A DNA stretch of 54,937 nucleotides. It comes from Coniocarpon cinnabarinum. Taxonomy: Eukaryota. Under the pieces are notes generated by a model that ran no database searches, was not told the origin of the DNA, and saw only the letters and a program-made list of their open reading frames with translations. The stretch spans positions 1 to 54,937 of the forward strand of contig JAVECO010000162.1 in the NCBI GenBank assembly GCA_051942205.1, in the 5' to 3' direction. Shown here one piece after another: positions 23,405 through 34,598 of this stretch (within the stretch, counting starts at the first letter, position 1; the number at the start of each line of letters is the position of its first letter). The position numbers and the translations under genes were made by a program.

Positions 23405-26400
23405 ATGATGGGCTACGAGAACATGACCAGCGACCGGAACACTGAACGGAACAATCATCTGTCGGCCCTAAGTGGCGACAAGCCCCTACAATACCCAGAA
23501 TGCGCTGTTGCAGTAGTGGGCGTAGCATGCAGATATGCTGGGGCTGACTCTGAGGAGCAGCTATGGCAAATTTTCGAGGAAGGAACAACCAAAATCACAG
23601 GCCTTCCAAAAGAGCGTTTACCAGACTTTCGTTTCGAGAGACGGCCCTTCAAAAGGGATTTTCGAGCCAGCATCTTGAGTGATCTTGACGCCTTTGACCA
23701 CAAGTTTTTCAATGTCCCTAGCCATGAAGCCAAATTCAGAGATCCTCAGCAAAGATTTGCCTTGGAAGTTACATACCAAGCTCTTGAGTCTGCCGGCTAC
23801 CTCTCTCGTGAGATTGCAGAGGCGCAGCTTGATATGGGATGCTATTTCTCCACGGCAATGAACGAATATCATGAACATGTGGTTACGCATGCGCCTTCTG
23901 CATTCTCGCTGACTGGGTCAATCCGTCCCTTTATTGCTGGCCAAGTGAGCCATCACTTCGGTTTCACCGGACCCGCGGTCATGATCGATGCAGCTTGTGC
24001 GGCATCAGGTGTTGCAATAAATATAGCCTGCCGGGCTGTTGCAAGTGGGGAATGCAGAAGTGCCATCGCAGGCGGAACGAACGTCTTCATCAGCCCTGAT
24101 ACTTTTCAAGACCTCACAGCTGGGCACTTCATTTGCGCGACTGGACCGTCGAAAAGTTTCGATGCAGCAGCCGATGGTTATTGCCGCGGGGAAGGTGTGG
24201 CTGCCGTCGTATTAAAAAGACTTTCTGACGCGCTGGAGGATGGAGATGTAATAAAAGGCGTGATATCGGCCACTGCCGTCAACCAATGCGCCAATGCATG
24301 TCCGATCACGGTTCCACATGGGCCCACTCAGTCTAGTCTCTATCGAAAAGCTCTGCGAATGGCTCATATGGATGCGAGTCAAATTGGTTACGTCGAGGCT
24401 CACGGAACAGGAACCCGCGTAGGCGATCCTATCGAGGTCGAGAGTATCCGCTCTGTGTTTGGCGATCCCTCTTATGGACGCGTTACAACGACCTACTTGG
24501 GCTCTCATAAGAGCAACATTGGGCACACAGAAGCTTCTTCAGGGTTGGCCGGATTGATCAAAGTAATGCTCATGATAGAAAAAGGTATCATCCCACAGCA
24601 AGCAGTCTTCCGTACACTTAATCCTGAAATTCCTCCATTGGAGCCATCTGGCCTTGCAATACCCACTCAAAACATTCCATGGACCTCAAAGTACAGAGCA
24701 GCATGCGTCAACAATTACGGAGCGTCAGGCTGCAACGCCGTTATGATCGTCACTCCACCGCCGACTCCTGCGACGAAGGAACCCGTTCCATATATTGACG
24801 CTTATCCTATTTCTATCACGGCCTTCAGCCATACGAGCTTGAAATTATACTGTGCTGCATTGCTCGACTTCATGGATCAGGTTGGCGCGAGTGACGCTCT
24901 AGCATTGGATGTTGCCTATCATTTGTCCCGCAGTCGAAATCCAGAACTACCATTCTCCGCGACTGCAACAATTTCAAATCTCAAAGGGCTCAAAGATTTA
25001 CTGACAGTTCAGTCGGAGACACCCCAGAGGTCAGAGTACAGCAAGCGTCCAACAGTGTTGTTCTTCGGGGGACAAACTGGGCGAATTGCCAGCGTTTCGA
25101 GAGCGGTATACGAATCTTGTGCAGTTTTTCGCAAGCATTTGAATGACTGCGAGGCAGCGATACAAGCCTTGAGCTGTCCCAGCATGTTTCCAGGCATCTT
25201 CGAGCCAGACTCATCCGAGAGCTCGATTCTTACCCATTCCAAGCTTTTCAGCGTGCAGTACGCGAGTGCCAGATCCTGGATGGATAGCGGCGTGCAACCT
25301 GCTCGACTCATTGGACACAGTTTTGGTCAGCTGACCGCTTTGTGCGTATCTGGGGCTCTGAGCCTCAACGACACCCTTCGCCTAGTCATCAACCGAGCCC
25401 GTCTTATTGATGAAATATGGGTTTCTGATGCTGGATCGATGCTTGCCGTCGAAGCCACCCCGAACGAGCTGTCGGGCATACTGGCGCGACATCCCCACCT
25501 CTCCTTGGAAATCGCTTGCTACAATGGGCCGCATAGCTGCGTATTGGCTGGTACAACCTCTACAGTCGTCGAGATGGAGGCTATATTAAAGAGTCCGCCG
25601 CAGACTTATCGTTTCAAACGCCTACAGGTGCCCAACGCATTTCATTCAGCGTTGGCAGACCCCGTGGTCGATCCGCTGCAGAGGATTGCGGAAGGATTGA
25701 CCCCACAAAAACCGAATATTATGTTAGAGACCTGCTCTGAAGACAGCACGTGGGCATCGATAAAGCCGTCTCTCGTTGCATCACACATCAGAACGCCTGT
25801 TTACTTTCACCAGGCGGTGCAAAGAATAGCAGAGCAGCTTGGTCCCTGTGTTTGGATAGAGGCAGGCTCGGGAGGCAACGCATCGTTGTTGCGTCGCGCT
25901 CTCGAGCCAAAGGCTTTTGATCATGAGATCAAGTCCCTCAAAATTGACGCTTCGTCCTCTCTAAAGTCTTTGGCAGATTTTACCACAGGTCTTTGGAGAT
26001 CAAATCTCAAAATTCAGTTCTGGCCCTTCCATCCGGACCAACGGCATCAGTTCCAGACATTGAATCTTCCACCATATCAATTCGACAAGACGCGTCATTG
26101 GCTGGGGTGGAAAGAGTTGGACGTGCAACCAGTGGCAGATATGACCACGATTTCAAAGCCTAGTCCCCTGCTTCATCTGGTGCGGAAAACTCACAATGAA
26201 AGCGAATTTCAAATAGACACGCAATGCGAAAGCTGGCGAGCAAAGAGTGCTGAACATCGCCTACTTGGGTTCTCCACATGCGCAATGTCGCTGATTCAGG
26301 ATCTCTTGTGTGAAGCAATCGGCATAATCCAAGAAGCCTCAACTCAGAGGCCTAATATTTACCGCGTCGAAAACCTGGAAATGCCAAGACCAATACCAGC

Positions 26401-27519
26401 AGAGATCGATGATGTGTTAGATATGACAGTCAGTCTGTCCGCCACCCCACAGTCTTGGAGGTTTAGACTGACTCAAGGCATCGACGCGCGACACGAGTTC
26501 GCTCGTGGAACCGCTTGTACAGGCCAGGAGATATCCAAAGTCATTTCGTCCGCTTTGAAAGACTCGTTGATCTCGCTCACATCACAAATTTGAGAAATTG
26601 TACAGAGGCCGACGTCGTCAGGGGAAGAGCATTATACAGGACCTACGCGGATTTGTTTGAGGTCCCAAAATCCAGTCAGATCATCCAAGAGGTGACGAGT
26701 AAAGGCAACGAAGCTGTTGCTTCGATAACTTCTCTGCCTGATGGCGCGCTTGCAGCCATGGAGAGTCTTGTTCAGATCCCTCTCATATGCCTGAACACCT
26801 TTCATGAACGCGCCGATGATGACATTGTCATCAACACGGTAGTCGGAAACGCTCACATTCGAGGACTTTCTGCTCCATTGGCCGACGTATTGGGCTCACG
26901 CTGGGTGTACTTGAAGTTCTTTGAGCTTGGAGGGACTACAACTTCTTGCGATATATACGTGTTTGATGAGCATGGCAAGCACCTTTCGGCAATTATCCTG
27001 GACGTTGGCTTTACTCGATGTCACATCAAATCACTGCTTGAGCCTCGTGAGATAGCCTTGGCATCAACCTCTCTGCAGGTTACTAGCCGTCAGAAAGATT
27101 CGCCAGAAGCTACGACACTCAAGGAAGAGGCTGCAGCAAAGGTTCAAGATCCAGAGCTATGCCTGCATAACCACGCGCCTGTGCAATCAGATGATCTACT
27201 GGACGTCTCCAAGGCTCTTTTTGATGTGCTCGCGCGCATGGCTGATGTGGACACTGACCGCCTCCATGGAGGTACTGTGTTTGCCGATCTTGGTATCGAC
27301 TCCCTGATGGGGATGGATGTCACCGACGAGATCAGCAAAATATTCGCGGTCGAGATTGACAACTCTGATCTCGTAGCTGCTGAAAATTTGGGCGCGCTGT
27401 GCCAATGGATCGCGGATAAAGCTCCGGGGTTCTTGTATGATTCAAGGGCTAGCTTGGGATCCGGCGCTCCAACGTGTGGGCTTCAGCAGAGTCAATTGGA
27501 CATGTTCGCAAAGTCTTGA
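23405..27519 (+). CDS. Non-reducing iterative PKS, KS-AT-PT-ACP, with no SAT or C-terminal release domain; interrupted by one frameshift near 26510-26545 (possible pseudogene or sequencing error)
   Basis: ORF 23405-26593 has KS (DPQQR, DAACAAS, HGTGT, GHTEA), AT (FGGQ, GHSFG, AFHS) and the start of the PT (AEHRLLG). Overlapping ORF 26515-27519 continues the PT (FERLV, CDIYVFD) and has the ACP (DLGIDSLMG). An in-frame TGA lies immediately before the start ATG. Confidence 0.88.
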
Positions 27520-28941
27520 GTCAGAGGTCCTGAGAATTTCCTGGCTGCTTGAAGTGGTGGTCGCGTGCGCTCGCTTTTTCTTTCAGCAGAATCTTTTGAT
27601 ATAGAGGAACGGATCGTTTTATGTAGGAAGTTGCAGACGGGAATAAGATGGAATGCAATAGTAGACTGAATATTCGATCTCTCCTTCATCTTTCTACACC
27701 TTTTGGCAGGGCCATTTCGGAGTGGGAGAAAGTTTAGTGAACTTGTACCTGATGCAAAGAAAAATGAAGGAGTCCAATATATCATAGAGATACCAAAAAC
27801 ATGAGTACGAAAGCGGTGAGTCCAAAATAATCCCAAAAGAGATGCAGGCTGGACGAGTACTTCTTCGCTAGGTATAAGACTTGGCAAAGCCGGCTTGCTT
27901 TGCTTCACTCTGTGCATGATGTTGAAAAATCTTAAATTCATCTCCATCATTGCTGTTCGCTCCGCTCCATTTTGGTCACCTTTGAATTGAAGCAGTGACA
28001 TTGGGAAAATTTCGAAAGTAATAGAATCAGCCTTAACTACACAGACCGCAATCTGCGTACACACAAAGCATCACCAAGACTAATACCGCCCGAGACGAAG
28101 TCACGACTTGGCCGTGCCTCCTAAACCTTATTGCTCTCCTATTCATAGGGCTGAGTCCAGGCTTGGCGTCAAGAGTTGGAAAAGTTGGACATCAGCCCTA
28201 CGGCTTAGCTACCCTGTCGCCTAATGATCTCGCTCTATAGGGAGGCTGGGGAAGTGCTGCCACGGTATTTGATCTCAGTGGAGCGCCGCCGATTATTCGA
28301 TTTCCACCATTTGGATTAGCGGAGTAAGTTGGGGTATGCTGAGGCTGCTTGGGCAGGGTAATGTTTTTGAAACGCCATCTCTTCTCATGATCACGTGCGA
28401 ATGAGTGTGCGCACCTGTAGGATCAAAATCTTGTGCAGGGTAGGGTACATTACACGTGCGAAGCACCTTTCATCCCATCAGGACTTTCTTCACAACGATC
28501 CAAACATCTGCATCAGGCAACATGTTTACCTCCTTGTCAGCACTGAGTGCAGGCTCCGTGTCCGCTACTGTTGATAAGATGTACGTCGCACTCATACAAA
28601 CTTGAGGCCATTTAATCTTGCGCACAGGGGTGAAGTGTTAGCTATCTGCCTGCTATTCATGTGGAAAATGGCCTTGCACTGGCTAGCCCAGTAGACCCCT
28701 TCATGACGTATACACCGGCAAGCTTCAACTCGCTCATCTGCCTGAAGTGTATATGATCTATGCTAGTGGGTGACACTCGCCTACCCGAATAATCACCTGA
28801 AGCCCAATCTGCTCTTGCTTGTCGCCATGAAACTCTTCAGGCTCGGTGAGCTTGAACTCCGCAATCTTGGAGAACTGAAGTAAGGAAAAGCAGTCAGCTC
28901 CAACACTACTTGATTTAGGTCGGCATCGTTTCGGTACTTAC

Positions 28942-29916
28942 TTACTTCTGCTCCTCCTTGAAGGCTGTCCAGGCCTTGACGTATGTCTCGAGATTGAGCA
29001 AAAAGCCCTTCCTCTTTGGTTGCCAGCCAAAGACTAGGTTTGTGCGGGAGCTCTGGTTGTTGTTGACAAGACCGAGCGCCTCGAAGAAGGGGTTGCCTTG
29101 GTTTCCGATGAAATCCAATGGTGCCTTGACGCCCATGATCTTCTTCACACCTTCCAAGGTCTCGCGAACGGTAACATGCTCCCCAACGAGATCAAAGACA
29201 GGCCAACTGCCAAGGAGTCCATGGACGCGGTCTGCAACACCATGCACACCACTGACAACATCATCGACGTGAATGATACCGGGACGAGAGTCGACGTCCG
29301 CAGGCACCTTGATAGGTTGGCTGCTTCCGGATTTCGCCGCCTCCTGGACCAATCCCCAGTGTGCGCTCCAAACCCAGCAAGAACGGCCATAGATTTGGTG
29401 GGGACGGACAATGGCGACATCGAGCACGTCCTGAGAACTGAGAATGGCTTGCTCGTGAGCAGGACGCCAGCCCACTGCCACAGCCGGCTTGCCTTTGGCC
29501 ATGCTGGTGCCTGGCACGATCGTCTCAGAGACAGGGCTGTCTACGCTGCCGTGAACCCAAGATCCTGAAATATAAACAAAGCCAATTTTGGGGACGTTTG
29601 GCGCGTTTTCCTTGCCGAGCTTGGACATGCGAGATTTGGAGGCATCGGCGACAGCCTTGAGGATACCCGAGGCCGACTCGTAGGCTGAAGTTGCGTCAAT
29701 GAGGAGGTCGATGGGAGCAGAAGAGAGAACAGCGCTGAAGCTGCTGGGGTCGTTCACATCGCCAATGACTGGGGTGATCTCGTTCTTTGTCAAGGTTTTG
29801 GCTTTCTCCGAGTTACGGGCGAGGCCGTAGACGGAGTAGTTTCCAGAACGGAGAAGCGACTGCGCCAGGGGCAGGCCAAGGTAGCCAGTGGCGCCAAGGA
29901 TAAGAGCAGATGGCAT
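28942..29916 (-). CDS. NAD(P)-dependent epimerase/dehydratase (extended/atypical SDR)
   Basis: 324 aa. Rossmann motif ALILGATGYLG, plus FVYISGSWVHG, VRPHQIYG and IHVDDV. Confidence 0.88.
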   Translation of the reverse strand: MPSALILGATGYLGLPLAQSLLRSGNYSVYGLARNSEKAKTLTKNEITPVIGDVNDPSSFSAVLSSAPIDLLIDATSAYESASGILKAVADASKSRMSKLGKENAPNVPKIGFVYISGSWVHGSVDSPVSETIVPGTSMAKGKPAVAVGWRPAHEQAILSSQDVLDVAIVRPHQIYGRSCWVWSAHWGLVQEAAKSGSSQPIKVPADVDSRPGIIHVDDVVSGVHGVADRVHGLLGSWPVFDLVGEHVTVRETLEGVKKIMGVKAPLDFIGNQGNPFFEALGLVNNNQSSRTNLVFGWQPKRKGFLLNLETYVKAWTAFKEEQK

Positions 29917-30699
29917 GGTGAAAATGCTCTAGTCGAGCGACTAAAGACAACGTGTACTATGGAGGCCTTTCTCTAATTGTGATGGATGAAGTCTGAAGAG
30001 AATGCGGATGTGAACAGGAAGAGAAAGAGGGCAGCGAAGGGGGTTTTGGAACAATGAACTCCACGGTTACAAGTGAAGTGGTGAATTTGGGTCATGGTTA
30101 TCATTCATTGGAAACGGCACAGTATGGTGTGATTACAAACATATTACAAACCTAGACCAAGCACCATCGTACTGCGGCGAAGCAAGAGAAGTGTTCCTCG
30201 ACTCATTCTTCGTACGATACGATTCGAGAGCTTCGAGACGATCGACTTGACGGGTGGGAAGCTGAACAGTTGCATGTGCTTGAAAAAGGCAATATACGGA
30301 GCTGGGCAGGATCAATAGCCTATCTGCACTAACTGCACTAACTCCGGTCCGGGGCGGCACTTGGGCTTGATAACACCGATCATTGGTCCATGCGCTCGGC
30401 CGGGCTGACTCATCTAGCGCTTCCGCCTCAGAACCATCCACTTCGGTTTTGTTGGAATTGAGATGTGGTGATGATCATTGATTGGTTGTCTATCTCCGGT
30501 CATGGTGGTGAGAAGTCTGAAAGCTTCTGGAGGAGGCAGCGCCCCATGGGGCTGAGCTCTCGTCTCCTGCTATATACAGTAGTTCTCGCATGTGACTCAT
30601 CTTCCAACAGATTCCGACCACCTCGTATTGAACACACGAGCTGGCCTACCCATCAAGTGCTATTGCCCGATGTTCTTACGAGCCTACTTACCCGTTGTT

Positions 30700-33600
30700 G
30701 TGCCGCTCGCTTCGAGTTCCTTGTCTGTAAGGCTGCCTTCAGCTTCTTCTTCATCTGTCATTCGCCTTGCTAGGGCCATAGACATCATCGACTGCCCTTG
30801 CCAAAGACTCATCACGTGGAGTTAAGACTCTCCGACTATCTATTGTGCTCACGATGGCGATGTTTCTGCCAAAATGGGAACGGTAAGCGAGCCGTAATAG
30901 CATTGCAGCCTGTGCCGCTGGGATATTCAAGCTCGTCAACGCGGGTCACGGCTGAAAATTCAAGAGCGTGCATTACCGTTCTCAACTTTTAGTCGAGCCG
31001 CAACATGTGCCCCGGCAGTGTGAACTCGCGTGGTGTTAGTCAGCCTTGTGGCGTGAACATGACTCGTCCACCCTCGTTGAGAACACGGGCTCTGCGCGCG
31101 TGCACCATGTGGGCATTACCAACATTCACTACCCGGTAGTCCCACCAATATGATTTATTATTAAGATCTCGCACTTTCTTCGGTTCATTTTCCTTACTTC
31201 AAAGTAGGACGGAAGAGCTATAAGCAGCCAGGCGACCAGGCCCCGCCCAGACTTGGTCATTTGGACTCATTGACTTGCGCTGGCCGTTGGCAGCCTGAGT
31301 CTTGTCTGCCGCCATTATGGACGGCTGGCGTTACACTGCCACCACTAAGAATATTTCGACCATTCGACTCTTGTGGCAAGAAGCAGGTGGTGTTGTTTAA
31401 TTCAACCTAAGAGTCCACATGATCTCTCAGGAGGGGATGCTTTCGCTTTTTGCAAGCTTCAGATATCTTTTTCTATGAGGCTAGCTCAAATACAGTAAAA
31501 GGCCAAAAGATGAACACTAGATATGGTAATTTTGTTGACGATGTGTGGTCCTTCGATACCGCATTTCTCGATGTATCGGCACGTGAAGCGAAATCGTAAG
31601 TCATTATCCACTGAAGGCTATACACAAATCATTCTGTAAAGTGATGGTTCGTTACCTTGTTCTTCGTCCGACACTAAAATTCGGAATTGCTCAGAATGGT
31701 TCCTCAGAGCCGTGTCCTACTTCAAGCCGCACATTGCGCGATGGAGGATACTGGTTAGATTGCAGACTCAACAGATACTTTCCATAGAAAGTTTTTTGGG
31801 TGCTAATTTGGGGTAGTGACCGGAGACTACACAGAAAACTTACACAATGATATTGTCGTTTATGATAGCCCAGGTGAGTGTTCCGCAAAAGCTATAGCTT
31901 CTTGAAATGCCGACTTATTCATCTCGAGAGACGTTGAGATCCTTGTTAAGTCGTAAAATCTCGTATCACTATAAATCGGGTGCGCCATCCGTCATCGTAG
32001 ATACTGCATGCTCGTCATCTGCCGTTGCCATCCACTAGGCACGTCGCGCTGTACAGAACAAACATTATTCGGCAGCTATGGTAGGTGGTGTGAATGTAGT
32101 TAGCAGTCCAAACGCCAGCCTGATGAGAACGTTTGCTCCCACACTTTTTCGTTGACAATTACTAGATGTATCTCTTACTCGCACGAGCACACTTTCCCAA
32201 TTCTACCGGCCAATGTAAGCCATTCGAAGCTGGCGCAGACGGCTACTGCCGCGCGGAGGGATGAGGCGTCTTCGTTTTGAAGCGCATGTCAGATGGACCA
32301 GACCGGAGTCATTCACAACACGATCACCTCCCGCGTTGTCGACTGTTCTAAAGACTTTCAGACCCTTGCCCCAATCACCGTGGCCGAATCGAGTGGCGAA
32401 GCACTCGGCTGCTTCAAGATCTCTGAAAAAGGCTCGTTGAGCGGCAGTGTCACCACGCCCAACTTCGTGGACACATTGTCGCATGCCGCTGGCTTCGTGG
32501 CGAACACGACAGTTGATGCAAGCAACACGTGCGTCTGTGGAAAGGTTGAGTCGGTGCAGCTGCTTTACCGCAGTATGGACTACAGCGATACATTTACCGT
32601 CTACTGTAGCATCTTCGATGACGGCAAGGGCACCATGTTGGCCGATGCGTGTGCAGTGGATTTAGCAGACAATGTGGTCGTGGTAGTTGAGGGCATAGAT
32701 TTCAAAAATTGCGGTTCTCCTCCTTCAAAGCCATACTTGAGCACGTTTCTGGCGGTTCTCAGCCTGTAGACAATCGTGTCGTGCTCGGCGATATCATAGC
32801 ACTCGCTCCCCATGGACCAGACCCTGCTACTATTGATATTCGCCCCGGCACCTCTATTGCGAGGTTTGAAGTATCAGTAAAACCAAAAGGCGCAGTAGAC
32901 CAGCAAAATCTCAGAGATAGAGTCTACCATATCGTTATGGACTCTTCCAGAGTTCCCTCGAGCCAAATTACAGAAGCAAGACATCAGGAGCTTGCCAACA
33001 TTTGCGTGGACTCCCCTATGATGCTTGAGCTCGTTGCAGCCATCACTAAAGCCTTTCTTCGTCAGACAGTGAATATATCGATGCCGATGCATTGCTCCAG
33101 AATTGCCAGTTTCGAGGATGCCATGGCAGCTCAGTTTGGCACTAGTGATAGCGAGAAGTCAAGCTCGCGAAGTGACGAGTTTGGTACCTCAACTCTGGCT
33201 GATGCCGGTGAGAAAAGTGCGACAAGTGTTAGTGAGATCAGCTTGGTGAGGCGAGCGAGAGCAAAGACGAAAAGGAAGCAGCGAGTCCAATAGTGGTGCA
33301 GCAGCAGCACCGGCACCAGCAACTCTCCAAGGTTGACGGAGCTCCACTACTTTTGCAGAAGCGGAGCAATGCATCGATGGGGTCGCTCTATCTCTCCCAT
33401 GACGGAAGTGGCCTGGGTTAGATGTTCTCGCAGTTGAAACAGCTAGGTTTCAAGACGTGGGGATTTTCCAACGCGGTTGTGCTCCGCCTGAGCCGCAACC
33501 CACGAGCTTGGTCGAGATGAGCACGCGGCACAAACATCATTTCGAACTTCGTAGCGACGGCCTAATTATCCCAGGCGGTGAGTGTTCCTTCTAGCCTCCT

Positions 33601-34300
33601 GTTGAGCTATCTTCGCTGTAAATTATAGACATACATTTAGATCGAAAATTGCTATGAGGCAAAAACTACTCTTTCGGCGGCGTAGTCACCTTTGAGGTCG
33701 CTCGACAACTCCAATTTCCGGGCAAAGAAGTACAAGGCATCATCTTGATCGACTCTCCCTGCCCTGTGGATCGTCGACCGCTTCCTTCGCCCGTAGCTGC
33801 GCATGTCGTTGGTCAAACCGCAGCCACGACCCAAGGTAACAGCTCCGCGCGTCAGCGCATCGCTGACCAATATGAAGCCAACGCAGTGCTGCTGGGGGCA
33901 TGCAATGCGTCGACATCAGGTGCATTACCAGCATTGAAGACCGTGATGTTACGGAGTAGTGACAATTTTGACAGTGATGGTCTGTAGAGTGTCAGATATC
34001 CATGGCTAGAAAAGGGAAGAATCAGGGACGAGAGCATTATGGGCTGGAAGAATGTAGTTGGGCATGAGGTGCAGGTGCTGGATATCGCTGGGAGCCATTT
34101 CGAGACGCTTGCTACGCAAATTGAAGGTTTATGATTCGCGATTACAAAGTCCTATCCAGTATAGGATATCAAGGTGACGAGCGTGACCTGTCATCCCAGA
34201 TTGGCAAAGTCTCCGAACAGACGCGGCGGGCATGCCATGTCATCCAGAACGATGCGATATTAAGAGCAACCGAGGATGACGTTGACATTGTTCCATGATG
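30700..34300 (+). pseudogene. Degraded orsellinic-acid-synthase-type NR-PKS (SAT?-KS'-'PT-ACP-TE) with a large internal deletion
   Basis: Fragments with stops and frameshifts: MNTRYGNFVDDVWSFDTAFLDVSAREAKS (about 31510), PQSRVLLQAA, TGDYTENL, DTACSSS (32000), [20 protein letters not shown] (32232-32294) fused to PT sequence (FVDTLSHAAGFVAN), ACP-like VDSPMMLEL, and TE YSFGGVV / LIDSPCP / GSHF. Boundaries are approximate. Confidence 0.85.
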
Positions 34301-34598
34301 TTCTGAGTGCTTTCGCAAGAGACCGGAGCTAGATTTTAGAAACCATCCAAAGATAGACAGGCAGATAGATGTGTCGTTATGGAGTTACTTTCTAAGTGAA
34401 GATAAGAAAAGGGCGGCAAAAGACGACCACAAACAGATCGTTTCTGCCTATTGTTTAAGGCAGCCAGCCTCTACGTGTGTTCGGCGATCTGTCCTGGATT
34501 GGTCATCCATTCTACATCTATTTCGTGGCCTTCCATTTGTCCTCTCTTGAGTTATGGCTATACGGCTGTCCTTCATTGATTGACCTCGCCAATCGCAA

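Noticed and set aside
27492..28064. 190-aa minus-strand ORF downstream of the PKS
   Set aside because: No recognisable motif, atypical composition and a non-ATG start; cannot be supported as a gene.
23405..34300. Idea that the two PKSs complement each other in trans (one lacks SAT and TE, the other lacks AT)
   Set aside because: The second PKS has multiple in-frame stops and frameshifts in every domain, including the TE, so it cannot supply functional domains.
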